From: a virus | Reading direction: 5' to 3' (one strand) | Virus record (IMG/VR): IMGVR_UViG_3300034101_003081 | Location: 1 to 64,000 of that record | Length of the DNA stretch: 64,000 bases | Program-made: the position numbers and the translations under genes | In this document: piece by piece, positions 36,159 through 44,032 of the stretch | Numbering within the stretch: position 1 is the stretch's first letter | How the letters are laid out: each line of letters starts with the position of its first letter | The notes under the pieces: model-generated | Databases searched by the model: none | What the model was told of the DNA's origin: nothing | What the model saw: only the letters and a program-made list of their open reading frames with translations

Positions 36159-37424
36159 CTAGAGGTTCGCCTCGATCTTGCTGCGGGTGTCCTTGTCGAG
36201 CCCCTTCCAGACGCAGGCGTCGAGAGTGGCATCGACGGGCCAGCCAGCCCGAAGCAGGGCGACGCCGTTGATGTTCGCACGCGGCGAGACGATCACCCGC
36301 ACGCCCTTGCCGAGCGAGGCAATGGCATTACGGACGGCGACGACCTTCTTCACGTACTCGGCGACCCGCTCCTCGGCGACGGCCTTCTCGACGTCGGTCT
36401 TCACCGAATGCACCTTGATCCCCTTGGCCTGCGGGGCCTCGGCGAACAACTCCAGGGACAGGCCGCAGGCCGCCGCCTCGATCCGGGGATCGTACTGCCA
36501 GTCGACCAGCACGAACCGATCGAGCGTCGCCGCGTCGATCTGCTGCCGTCCCACGTACTGCCGATCGGCACCCTGCCCGATCGTGTTGGCACCGGCGATC
36601 AGCACGAAGTCGGCATGCTTCGCGACGACGGCGTCGGGGAACGAGGCGTGCCCGTTGGCGAGCAACTGATTGATCACGACCAGCACGGCCGGATTGGCCG
36701 CGTCGACCTCGTCGAGCAGGAACACGCCACCATGCTCGTAGGCGTCGCGGAGTTGCGTCCGCACCACCTTGCCGTTGGCGTCGTGGTAGCCGAGCAGGCT
36801 CGACTCGGACGTCTGCGGGCCGACCGACTTGGCGTAGAACGGCAGGCCGAGCGAGTCCGCGACGGCATGCGCCGACGACGTCTTGCCAGAGCCGGCAGGC
36901 CCGACGAGCCAGCAATTCCTGCGGGCAGCAACGGCGGCGAGCAAGGCCTCAAACTGGACGTGCTGGACGCCCACGTCGTTGGCGACGCCCTCGACGGTCA
37001 CGACCTCGATCCGCTGCGGCACCAGGGCCGCGATCCGCTGATCGACGATCGCCGTGACCTCGTCGATATCGACGCCGCCCTTGCCGCCCTCGGAGGTCAC
37101 GAGCCCGGTGTCGCGGACGGCCTCGGCGATGATCTCGGCGAGGGAACGATTGCCGCGACCGCCGTCGATCTCCGAGTCAGACTCGACCTCGCCGTTACCG
37201 TGTCCAGACTTCTCGGCACCGCTCGCCCACAGGCTCAGGCCCCGGCTCGTCTTGACGACCTGCTCGCCGTTGGGTCCGACGAGATGGAAGAGACGGGACT
37301 GGCGACCCTTCTCGGTCTCGCGGGTCTCGACCCGCTCGATCGTGAACTCCCTGCCGTCCGCGACGGTGATGACGGCGCCGACCTTGTACGACTGCCACGA
37401 GTTGTTGATGACGTTGTTGTTCAC
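36159..37424 (-). CDS. MoxR/CbbQ/CobS-type AAA+ ATPase
   Basis: GPAGSGKT, FLLDEVD, GANT, DAATLDRF and VSPRA motifs. Confidence 0.9.
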   Translation of the reverse strand: MNNNVINNSWQSYKVGAVITVADGREFTIERVETRETEKGRQSRLFHLVGPNGEQVVKTSRGLSLWASGAEKSGHGNGEVESDSEIDGGRGNRSLAEIIAEAVRDTGLVTSEGGKGGVDIDEVTAIVDQRIAALVPQRIEVVTVEGVANDVGVQHVQFEALLAAVAARRNCWLVGPAGSGKTSSAHAVADSLGLPFYAKSVGPQTSESSLLGYHDANGKVVRTQLRDAYEHGGVFLLDEVDAANPAVLVVINQLLANGHASFPDAVVAKHADFVLIAGANTIGQGADRQYVGRQQIDAATLDRFVLVDWQYDPRIEAAACGLSLELFAEAPQAKGIKVHSVKTDVEKAVAEERVAEYVKKVVAVRNAIASLGKGVRVIVSPRANINGVALLRAGWPVDATLDACVWKGLDKDTRSKIEANL

Positions 37425-37479
37425 TGGGCTTCTCCTTTTGAAAACCAAATCGACCGGGCTGTGTGATCGAGTGACGTCC

Positions 37480-37570
37480 ACTCGTCATGCGACAAGTATC
37501 TCCGCTGTCGGGGATGCTGTCAAGCGGATTCTTTTGACTATGACACAAGACGCAAAAACCCCTGTTTTTC
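37480..37570 (-). promoter_or_regulatory. Early promoter cassette copy 3 (diverged)
   Basis: TTGACA(37518-37523)-17-GATACT(37495-37500); TTGTGTCATAG at 37538-37548; CGACA-N11-TGTCG retained. Confidence 0.8.
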
Positions 37571-37573
37571 GGC

Positions 37574-37798
37574 CTAAAACGAGGTTTTTCGGCCGGAGGG
37601 CTGTTCCGCCAGCCTGGCGGACAGGTGGGCGACGGCCTCGGATTCGGCGTGGTGCTGGGCGTACCAGGCCACCGCAGGCAGGAGCCATTCGACGTCGATC
37701 GGCCTGCCATTCGATGCCGCGACTGCGGCATCGAAGACCCGCAGATAGAGGTCTCGCTGTGGAGACGTCAGAAACTCCAGCACGTCGCAGTCACGCAT
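37574..37798 (-). CDS. Hypothetical protein
   Basis: GGAGGG RBS. Confidence 0.45.
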   Translation of the reverse strand: MRDCDVLEFLTSPQRDLYLRVFDAAVAASNGRPIDVEWLLPAVAWYAQHHAESEAVAHLSARLAEQPSGRKTSF

Positions 37799-37868
37799 GG
37801 CCAGTCCCTCCGCGACGAGAGTAGCGTGTCCAAACTACTCTCGCCGTGCGGGATCATACGTCGCGTGC

Positions 37869-39182
37869 TTAGGCCTGTGCAAGAGCCTCGCACTCGACGA
37901 TGTAGCGAATCACGTTTTCAGCGAAGCCGTCAACGTGAGTCCAACCGTCGTGATAGCCGACGCCATGCTGATACGGCGCGACGTTGATCATGTACGCCGC
38001 ATCTGCCTTCGGGCGCACAACACGGTCATGCGATTGTTCGTCCGTGACCACGATCAGGCGATCGTGGTCGAACTTCTCGACAGCCCGAATCGCTTCGCCG
38101 AGCAGCGTCCCGCCTCGCGGCTGCGAGAGTTGCACGGCCTCGACGCCAGACAGGCCACGACGAGGAGGCACCTCGACCACTCTGTCGGAGAATGAAAAGA
38201 CACGAAGGTCGTCGCAGTTGAGTATTGCCGCGAGCGACGCCGCTGCGTCAAGTCTCGTCAAGTCTGCGCGGCTCGACAGAGGCACGTCCATCGAGCCCGA
38301 GACGTCGACCAGCACGATCGTCTTGCCTGAGAGCCTCGGCAGTTCGTGGATCGACGCGAGCATCGCGATGTCGAGCGTCGGCTCCAGCGACGGCGCGGCC
38401 TTGGCCGCAGCGACGAAACGAAACGGAAGCACTCGCTCGGCGCCGAGCCTGCCCAAGATCGCGTTCTTGATCAGCGACGTCTCGACGCCAGCCTCGACCA
38501 TGTTCCGTAGGTTGCGGAGCAGGGCGAGGTAGCCGATCTTCTGCTCGCGGATCAGTCGCTCGAACGTGGACTTCTTGTCAGCGCCGCCTGAGAGCGAGAC
38601 TTCCCACGTATCGGGAGCAACGAGCGTTCCCTCGACGAGCGATCGCCACAGGCTTGCCTGCTCAGGTGTGTCGGGCTTGGCATGGCACAGAAATAAGACG
38701 TCGCGAAGTTTGATAGCCGACGGCTTGTTGTACTTGGCAAGTTGGTAGGCGTTGAACTTCTTGAACGCCGCCGCGAGGCCTTTCTTCATCGGGTTCGAGA
38801 GCGGCTTCTTGCCGTCGGCCCAGTAGATGGCGACGAGTTCTGCGAGTTCGTCCGCTCGCTGGATCGTGTCGACGATCGCCTGCGAGACGAGTTTGCCGGA
38901 GCCGTGCTTGATCAGCCCCTTGAGCAGGAGCAGCGGAACGTGCCGCAAATGAAACTTTGAGCGAGCCTCGACGGCGAGAGATGCGATCTCGTCGGGCGTG
39001 ACCTTCTCGCACAACGAGAGAATGCGATCCGCAACATCGACGCCATCCTCGTAGTGCGTCGACTCCCACAGCAGGCACGTCAGGACGGTGCGTCGCAGTT
39101 CCTGGCTGGGCGTGATCCGCACAGCCGGAGCGCCCTCGTGCGTGACTGCGGCATTCGAGGCGGGAGCGGTGTTGAGTCGCAC
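37869..39182 (-). CDS. rsr: Ro60/Rsr TROVE-domain RNA-binding protein with C-terminal vWA
   Basis: THEGAPA, LLWE..HYEDG, RADE..E, YQLAKY, LRDVLFLCH.KP, TWEV.LS, ALLRNLRN, LPFRF, VDVSGSM (MIDAS) and TDEQ motifs; GTG start with AGGAG RBS. Confidence 0.92.
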   Translation of the reverse strand: MRLNTAPASNAAVTHEGAPAVRITPSQELRRTVLTCLLWESTHYEDGVDVADRILSLCEKVTPDEIASLAVEARSKFHLRHVPLLLLKGLIKHGSGKLVSQAIVDTIQRADELAELVAIYWADGKKPLSNPMKKGLAAAFKKFNAYQLAKYNKPSAIKLRDVLFLCHAKPDTPEQASLWRSLVEGTLVAPDTWEVSLSGGADKKSTFERLIREQKIGYLALLRNLRNMVEAGVETSLIKNAILGRLGAERVLPFRFVAAAKAAPSLEPTLDIAMLASIHELPRLSGKTIVLVDVSGSMDVPLSSRADLTRLDAAASLAAILNCDDLRVFSFSDRVVEVPPRRGLSGVEAVQLSQPRGGTLLGEAIRAVEKFDHDRLIVVTDEQSHDRVVRPKADAAYMINVAPYQHGVGYHDGWTHVDGFAENVIRYIVECEALAQA

Positions 39183-39213
39183 GGCTGGGCTCCTGGCTGA
39201 TGAGGAAGAGAAA

Positions 39214-39288
39214 TGCTGGCGAGAACAGCGAGGCCGGGGGATCAAACAGCCTTAGTGTGAAGTAACCGGACTCTGCACTACGCCAGCA
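39214..39288 (-). ncRNA. Y RNA-like small RNA B
   Basis: 8-bp terminal stem TGCTGGCG/CGCCAGCA enclosing TAGTGCAG...GGTTACTTC...TGTTCT; directly upstream of rsr. Confidence 0.7.
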
Positions 39289-39299
39289 AGGCGACAAGA

Positions 39300-39368
39300 G
39301 CCGCGAGAACAAACGGACACGGCGTGGTTTCTATCGCAAAGAAGTAGCCGTGGCCTGCACTACGCGGC
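39300..39368 (-). ncRNA. Y RNA-like small RNA A
   Basis: Stem GCCGCG/CGCGGC enclosing TAGTGCAG...GGCTACTTC...TGTTCT; starts about at the predicted TSS. Confidence 0.7.
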
Positions 39369-39376
39369 CGAGAGGC

Positions 39377-39404
39377 AGTGTACGGATACGCACACTGCGT
39401 GCAA
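39377..39404 (-). promoter_or_regulatory. Promoter for the Y RNA-rsr unit, overlapped by the 15-bp operator motif
   Basis: TTGCAC-16-TACACT; GCGTATCCGTACACT spans the spacer and -10. Confidence 0.7.
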
Positions 39405-39412
39405 GAAAGTTT

Positions 39413-39787
39413 TCAGCCCACGCCGGCGGGCAGAGGCTGCCAGTGCGTGGGCTGCGGCTTGAACGTCGCGAGCGAATCAGTCCTGACGAACACGCCGTCC
39501 TCGCCGCAGCAGCCGACTGAGACGGCGTCTTTGACGCAGACTAGCACGGGTTCGTCGACGTCAGGGAGCCGAGACTTGGCCGCGACCCACGGAGACTTGG
39601 ACTTCTTTGGCTTTCGCTTCGGCGAATCGGACTCGACGAGCGTCATGCTCAGTTCAAGCCGCGACGTGCCTGAGTATTCCTGAGTCACGGATACGCCCGT
39701 GATCCACCCCGTGACGTTGTTGGGCAACGCCCCGCCGTACTGAGACGCGACATAGTCGAGGATCGCGGACGAGAGTTCTTCGTTCAT
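39413..39787 (-). CDS. DUF551-like domain protein
   Basis: W....RLP....VLV...PTHWQPLP. Confidence 0.65.
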   Translation of the reverse strand: MNEELSSAILDYVASQYGGALPNNVTGWITGVSVTQEYSGTSRLELSMTLVESDSPKRKPKKSKSPWVAAKSRLPDVDEPVLVCVKDAVSVGCCGEDGVFVRTDSLATFKPQPTHWQPLPAGVG

Positions 39788-40173
39788 GCGATCTCTGCCT
39801 CGAATCTCGCCGCCGCCGTCATCACGTCTTCGACCCGCTGAGACCGGACGCCAGACGCTCGCCACGCTCGCCTGGCGGCAATCGCGAGGGCGGCACCTGC
39901 GGCGACTGTCCTGCGAAGTCTCGTCATCTCGGCCAGCACGACGGCCAAGAAGTGCGGATCAGCCGAGACGCAGTCTTGGCGACCACACGGATCGCAGTCG
40001 GCGACCGCCGCCGCCAGTGACCGCATCACGTCGTCCGACGAGTGCGAGCCGAGCATGCCCTGGTCGGCCAGGTAGCCTCGCAGCCGCTCGATCTCTGACG
40101 CCGCTTCTTCGGCGATTCCGTTGCACATCAAGCACAGAGCGTCGGCGCGGAGTTTCTCGACGACGTCGCTCAT
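39784..40173 (-). CDS. Hypothetical protein
   Basis: GGAGG RBS; MSDVVEKLR...EAASEIERLR phage-typical N-terminus. Confidence 0.6.
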   Translation of the reverse strand: MSDVVEKLRADALCLMCNGIAEEAASEIERLRGYLADQGMLGSHSSDDVMRSLAAAVADCDPCGRQDCVSADPHFLAVVLAEMTRLRRTVAAGAALAIAARRAWRASGVRSQRVEDVMTAAARFEAEIA

Positions 40174-40370
40174 GTGTCGTCCTCCAGCCACTTCGCTGCC
40201 TTGATGAGCCAGGCGGCGTACCGTCGCAGGAAGTCCGCCGACTCCCTGCCGTCGTACACGTCGAGCCTGGCGTCAACGACCCTCTCGCCGTCGGCAGTCA
40301 CGCACTCCGCACGGCTCGTCGCAGTCGAAATCTTCCTCGGCCTCGTCGTCGCAGCAGCCTTCGTCTTCAT
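40170..40370 (-). CDS. Hypothetical protein (overlaps upstream ORF)
   Basis: ...FLRRYAAWLIKAAKWLE; ATGA-coupled to the downstream gene; start uncertain. Confidence 0.4.
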   Translation of the reverse strand: MKTKAAATTRPRKISTATSRAECVTADGERVVDARLDVYDGRESADFLRRYAAWLIKAAKWLEDDT

Positions 40371-40575
40371 CGTCGGCAAACCCCTCCGCGTTGACGTTGA
40401 ACACCCAATGGACACCGCTGGCGTAGATCGACAGGTCGCACTCTTCCGCGAGAAGGGCTGGAGACAGTCGTCGCGAGCCACCGTCAAGGCGGGCGGACTC
40501 GTTCTCGAAGTACTGCTGCTCGGACTCCAGATACACGAACACGTCGTCATCCAGTTTTTCGACGATGAGCCTCAT
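40273..40575 (-). CDS. Acidic hypothetical protein
   Basis: GGAGG RBS, TAATG coupling; Asp/Glu-rich C-terminus. Confidence 0.5.
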   Translation of the reverse strand: MRLIVEKLDDDVFVYLESEQQYFENESARLDGGSRRLSPALLAEECDLSIYASGVHWVFNVNAEGFADDEDEGCCDDEAEEDFDCDEPCGVRDCRRREGR

Positions 40576-40811
40576 TATTTCGCCTCCATGACAAAGCGGG
40601 GAACGGCCAGCCGAGAGAGAATCCACACGCACGAGAGCAGGCAGAGAGATTCCAGCGGCTTGATCGTTTGCATGCCGAACATAGACGGCAGGCACCCGTT
40701 CCAGGCGGCGGTGAACGCGAGCGATGCCGCCATAAGGACGACTGCCCACACCAGCACGGCCGCAGCAAAGCGGCCAATAACCTCGGCTGCGGAAACAGAA
40801 TCACTTCCCAC
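40575..40811 (-). CDS. Two-TM membrane protein
   Basis: AAAVLVWAVVLM...WN..LP.MFG..I..LESLCLL. Confidence 0.55.
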   Translation of the reverse strand: MGSDSVSAAEVIGRFAAAVLVWAVVLMAASLAFTAAWNGCLPSMFGMQTIKPLESLCLLSCVWILSRLAVPRFVMEAK

Positions 40812-41082
40812 GGTAAGCGTCTCCGTACAAACGAACCTCTTCCTTGAGTCTCTCCACGTACACGGCGGCGTCGAGCAACTCTTCTTGAAGATGCTGAAGC
40901 CATCCGGCGAGGTCGATGTCAGTACGATCCGTGGTCGTGCCGTACTTTCTGTACCCAGACTCGGAGCGAGCAAGCAGGGCTGCTCGAACTCGCATCACGT
41001 TCGTGTCTGGCAACTGGCAGTCGCCGCAAGCGTCTCTCTGAGGCTGCGACGGGCGCGCGAAGAGTTTCTTGAGCAGCGACAT
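40801..41082 (-). CDS. MazG-like all-alpha NTP pyrophosphohydrolase-like protein
   Basis: RS..GYRKYGTT.DR.D...WLQHLQEELLDA.VY. Confidence 0.55.
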   Translation of the reverse strand: MSLLKKLFARPSQPQRDACGDCQLPDTNVMRVRAALLARSESGYRKYGTTTDRTDIDLAGWLQHLQEELLDAAVYVERLKEEVRLYGDAYRGK

Positions 41083-41088
41083 GCCCGG

Positions 41089-41116
41089 AGTGTACGGACA
41101 CGCCAACTGTGGTCAA
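41089..41116 (-). promoter_or_regulatory. Promoter overlapped by the operator motif, probably leaderless transcript
   Basis: TTGACC-16-TACACT; GCGTGTCCGTACACT; ATG 7 nt past the -10. Confidence 0.7.
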
Positions 41117-41559
41117 GATTTTTTTCGCCGCCCCGGTGAGCGTCCGGACGCTCGCTTCTTTGGCGATCGTCGCTCGCCGACGAGACGAGGCCTGCCGTAC
41201 TGCGGCGGATTGGCGAGGTACTCGCGGATGTTTCGTTCGCACGACTCGCGGTCGACCGCCCAGCATTTGTCGTTGAGCCGAAACCCCTTCAGGCGACCGT
41301 CCACGAGCATGCGGCCGATCATGGCGTCCGTGACGCAGACAATGTCACAGGCCTCGGGCACGCTGATCCACCGCCGGCAGGCCTTTTGGAACGCCTCTAG
41401 ATTGCAATCCTGTGCAAGCACCGACTCGTGGCAGACCAGCAGACCCTTGCCGCTCAGAGGGACAGCCAGAATCTGTCCCTTGGCGATCCGCTTGAGGACG
41501 CCGACTTGGGAGATTTTGAGAATTGCAGCCGCTTCGGCCACGGAAATGGGCTGTTTCAT
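41113..41559 (-). CDS. Tandem double-HTH DNA-binding protein (candidate repressor or excisionase)
   Basis: ISVAEAAAILKIS..GV.KRI.KGQI and ISVPEACDIVCVT...IGRML.DGRL; divergent from the integrase. Confidence 0.75.
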   Translation of the reverse strand: MKQPISVAEAAAILKISQVGVLKRIAKGQILAVPLSGKGLLVCHESVLAQDCNLEAFQKACRRWISVPEACDIVCVTDAMIGRMLVDGRLKGFRLNDKCWAVDRESCERNIREYLANPPQYGRPRLVGERRSPKKRASGRSPGRRKKS

Positions 41560-41700
41560 GGTTTGCCTCTCCGTACAAGTTGCCCAAAAAACCGACCCCC
41601 GCAGGGGTCAGTCTTGACAGTGCAATGGCGGGGGTAGGATTATTCGTCAAGAAGCAGCGGCAACGGAATCGCTGCAATGCTCGCGCACGGAGGATTGGAA

Positions 41701-41865
41701 ATGATCGTCAGGCTTTCACACGTCGACCAGAAGTACGTGCTGCTCGAAGCGATCGAGGACTTCATTGCGAAGTGCAACAAGCAGAAGCAGTGGCGCGCAG
41801 TTGACGCCGCGAGAGACCTGTACGAGCAGGTGAACAAGGCGACACGAAAGACAAAGACGGAATAA
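41701..41865 (+). CDS. Small hypothetical protein upstream of integrase
   Basis: GGAGG RBS, ATG at 41701. Confidence 0.45.
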   Translation: MIVRLSHVDQKYVLLEAIEDFIAKCNKQKQWRAVDAARDLYEQVNKATRKTKTE

Positions 41866-41955
41866 AGCGATCGGCACCGTTGGTCACACCCTGCCCATGA
41901 AGGGTAGGCAACCCTGAAAGGACTCGCACACTCCACCCAAGAAGGAGATGCGACA

Positions 41956-42822
41956 ATGACTCTCAGCAAGTTCTTCGATGACTTCTACAGGCCTCTCAAG
42001 TTGCGAGGCCGTTCAGAAAACACGACAAGGCTCTACGCCAATACGCTGAAGCAGTTCGGCAAGTACCTCGGCCGGGCCGCCACGATCGAAGACGATCTCA
42101 ATGACCTCGCAATCTCGCGATACCTCTCGCATCGAGCGAGAGAGCGAAGCGTGTTCACAGCGGAGAAGGAGCGGTCGCAGTTGCTGGCCCTCTGGAGGTG
42201 TGCGGCGGATCGGCGGCTCATCGACATGCGGCCGTGCGTGCCTCCGACACCGATCCCGATTCGCGTGCCAACGGCCTGGAGCATCGACCAACTCAAGGCC
42301 CTGCTCGCGACGGCCAAAGTGATGAAGGGCAAAGTCGGCGACGTACCGGCGCACGTCTGGTGGACGGCGCTCATTCAAGTTCTCTGGCAGAGCGCAGAGA
42401 GAATTGGCGCGATCATGTCCGTGATGAAAGAGGACTACACGCGGCCTATCGTTCTCGTCCGCGCAGAGTGCCGCAAGGGAGGCAAGCGGGACAAACTCTA
42501 CACGTTCACTGACCCCGTCTGCGACCTGCTCGACGTCTTGAAGAAGTCTGGCAACGGCCCGCAACTCTTTGCGTGGCCGAGAGGATACGAATACCTGTGG
42601 AACAGGTTTGGCAAGATCGTCAAGGCAGCGGGACTCGAAGGCGGGCGTCGCAGCAAGTTTCATCAACTGCGGCGAAGTGCGGCGACGCACTTCGCTGCCC
42701 GTGGTGGCGATCCGACTGCCCTGCTAGATCACAGTTCGCCTCGCGTCACGAAGGCGTACCTCGATCCGCGATTTATCGACACGGGGCCGAAGCCGTGCGA
42801 AGTCTTGCCTGGACTTGACTAG
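41956..42822 (+). CDS. int: Tyrosine recombinase/integrase
   Basis: SAM-like N-domain; catalytic R (AERIG), K (RKGG), HQLRR, LLDH, AYL; AAGGAG RBS. Confidence 0.9.
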   Translation: MTLSKFFDDFYRPLKLRGRSENTTRLYANTLKQFGKYLGRAATIEDDLNDLAISRYLSHRARERSVFTAEKERSQLLALWRCAADRRLIDMRPCVPPTPIPIRVPTAWSIDQLKALLATAKVMKGKVGDVPAHVWWTALIQVLWQSAERIGAIMSVMKEDYTRPIVLVRAECRKGGKRDKLYTFTDPVCDLLDVLKKSGNGPQLFAWPRGYEYLWNRFGKIVKAAGLEGGRRSKFHQLRRSAATHFAARGGDPTALLDHSSPRVTKAYLDPRFIDTGPKPCEVLPGLD

Positions 42823-43037
42823 CCAAGAGGCGGCTCTGGAATGGCGTGCCAGTGCGTCGGCGGAATCAATTCAGCGACGTCGTCATCTGACTCCCAGTAC
42901 TTGCCGCCGTTGTCTTCCATCAGCCTGGCAATCGTCACGACGCTGCCGCTCCAGACAAGCACGGCGTCGCCGAGTTGCGGCAATTTCTCTTCGCAGGGAA
43001 ACCATCCAAGCATGGGCTCCTCCTTGCTTTTGGGCAT
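42819..43037 (-). CDS. DUF551-like small protein
   Basis: WFPCEEKLP...VLV...PTHWHAIPEPP. Confidence 0.7.
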   Translation of the reverse strand: MPKSKEEPMLGWFPCEEKLPQLGDAVLVWSGSVVTIARLMEDNGGKYWESDDDVAELIPPTHWHAIPEPPLG

Positions 43038-43038
43038 C

Positions 43039-43374
43039 CTACAGGATGGCTACAGGAGACGCCAAATAGACGACTTCCAGGCCCAGATGCGTCGCGAGAG
43101 CCCACTCGACCCTGGCCCCGCCAGACTTCTCCCAGCCTGGCAGCATGGCGATCGCATCTGCGTCGCACAGTGCAGAAAGGTCGCGACGCAGTGCGTCTCT
43201 CAGGAAGGCCTTCGAGACGACCGTCGTCGCCGGATCGAACCCAACGTCGCGATCGAGTTGGGCTGGATTGATGACGTCGTGCCCGAGCAGCCTCAGTTTC
43301 GCCTCGGCTTCGTCGAACGCCGGGAAGTTAAACAGCGGCAGGCCTGTCATGGGGCCGGCGAGATAGATTTTCAT
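43039..43374 (-). CDS. DUF4406 / nucleoside deoxyribosyltransferase-like protein
   Basis: KIYLAGPMTG...NFPAF, NPA, DAIAMLPGWEKS.GA..E motifs. Confidence 0.85.
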   Translation of the reverse strand: MKIYLAGPMTGLPLFNFPAFDEAEAKLRLLGHDVINPAQLDRDVGFDPATTVVSKAFLRDALRRDLSALCDADAIAMLPGWEKSGGARVEWALATHLGLEVVYLASPVAIL

Positions 43375-43991
43375 GCGTTGTCTCCGATTGTGTAGTGCTT
43401 CGGAGACTTGTTCGCATGCAAGGCTCGCAGTCGTTCGACGTGCGGCGTGAGCCGCTTGACGATCTCCGCGTGGCCGCCACTTACCTGGCGGTCGTCCTTG
43501 AGTTTTCCGGCCGCCTCGGCGTCCACGAGGATTGCGAGACATGCGAGGGCCGAAGACAAGTGCGGAACCCCCTCCTCGTCGCACTCGCGACCCTCGAACC
43601 ACGCGGCGAGATGCCGCTGGCAGGCGTCCACGTAGATCGACGCACGCACGCCGACGACCCGCCAGTTAGAACGGCCGTACTTGAGAGCGCCGTTGAGCAG
43701 GGCAATGCAGCCCATGGCAGTGGCCGTCGTCGGCCAGAGATGCAGCGGCAGTTTGCCGGTGCCCACGAGGTCTTTCGGATTCTCGTCGAAAGCCCCAGGA
43801 AGCGGCGTCGCGCCGTCCATGTTGGCGGCACTGCGGACGTCGGCTTCGAGGTCTCCGTCATCGTCGTCGGCGAGAATCGACTCGCTGTGAGCCCTGGATG
43901 CGTTTCTCGCCTCGACGATCTCGCGAATAACTCGATTGGAGTCGTCGATGCTCTCGACGTGCCCGCCGTCGACTGCCGTCACCGTTGCCAT
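43371..43991 (-). CDS. dATP/dGTP diphosphohydrolase-like protein (DUF5664)
   Basis: NPK...G..K, GALKYG..NWR, RHL..W.EG and G.PHL..A motifs. Confidence 0.8.
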   Translation of the reverse strand: MATVTAVDGGHVESIDDSNRVIREIVEARNASRAHSESILADDDDGDLEADVRSAANMDGATPLPGAFDENPKDLVGTGKLPLHLWPTTATAMGCIALLNGALKYGRSNWRVVGVRASIYVDACQRHLAAWFEGRECDEEGVPHLSSALACLAILVDAEAAGKLKDDRQVSGGHAEIVKRLTPHVERLRALHANKSPKHYTIGDNA

Positions 43992-44032
43992 GCCTGGCCT
44001 CCTGTGTCCTGGGGCCAGTGAGCGTATCCAGA

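Noticed and set aside
39214-39368. tRNA genes
   Set aside because: No cloverleaf, T-loop GTTC-RA motif or CCA end; the fold is a long interrupted stem.
41866-41955. Riboswitch or attP in the integrase leader
   Set aside because: Small hairpins are present but match no aptamer I recognise, and an att core cannot be identified without the host sequence.
43371-43991. Diaminopurine (Z) or deazaguanine DNA system
   Set aside because: No purZ, dedicated polymerase or que/dpd genes are recognisable in this window.
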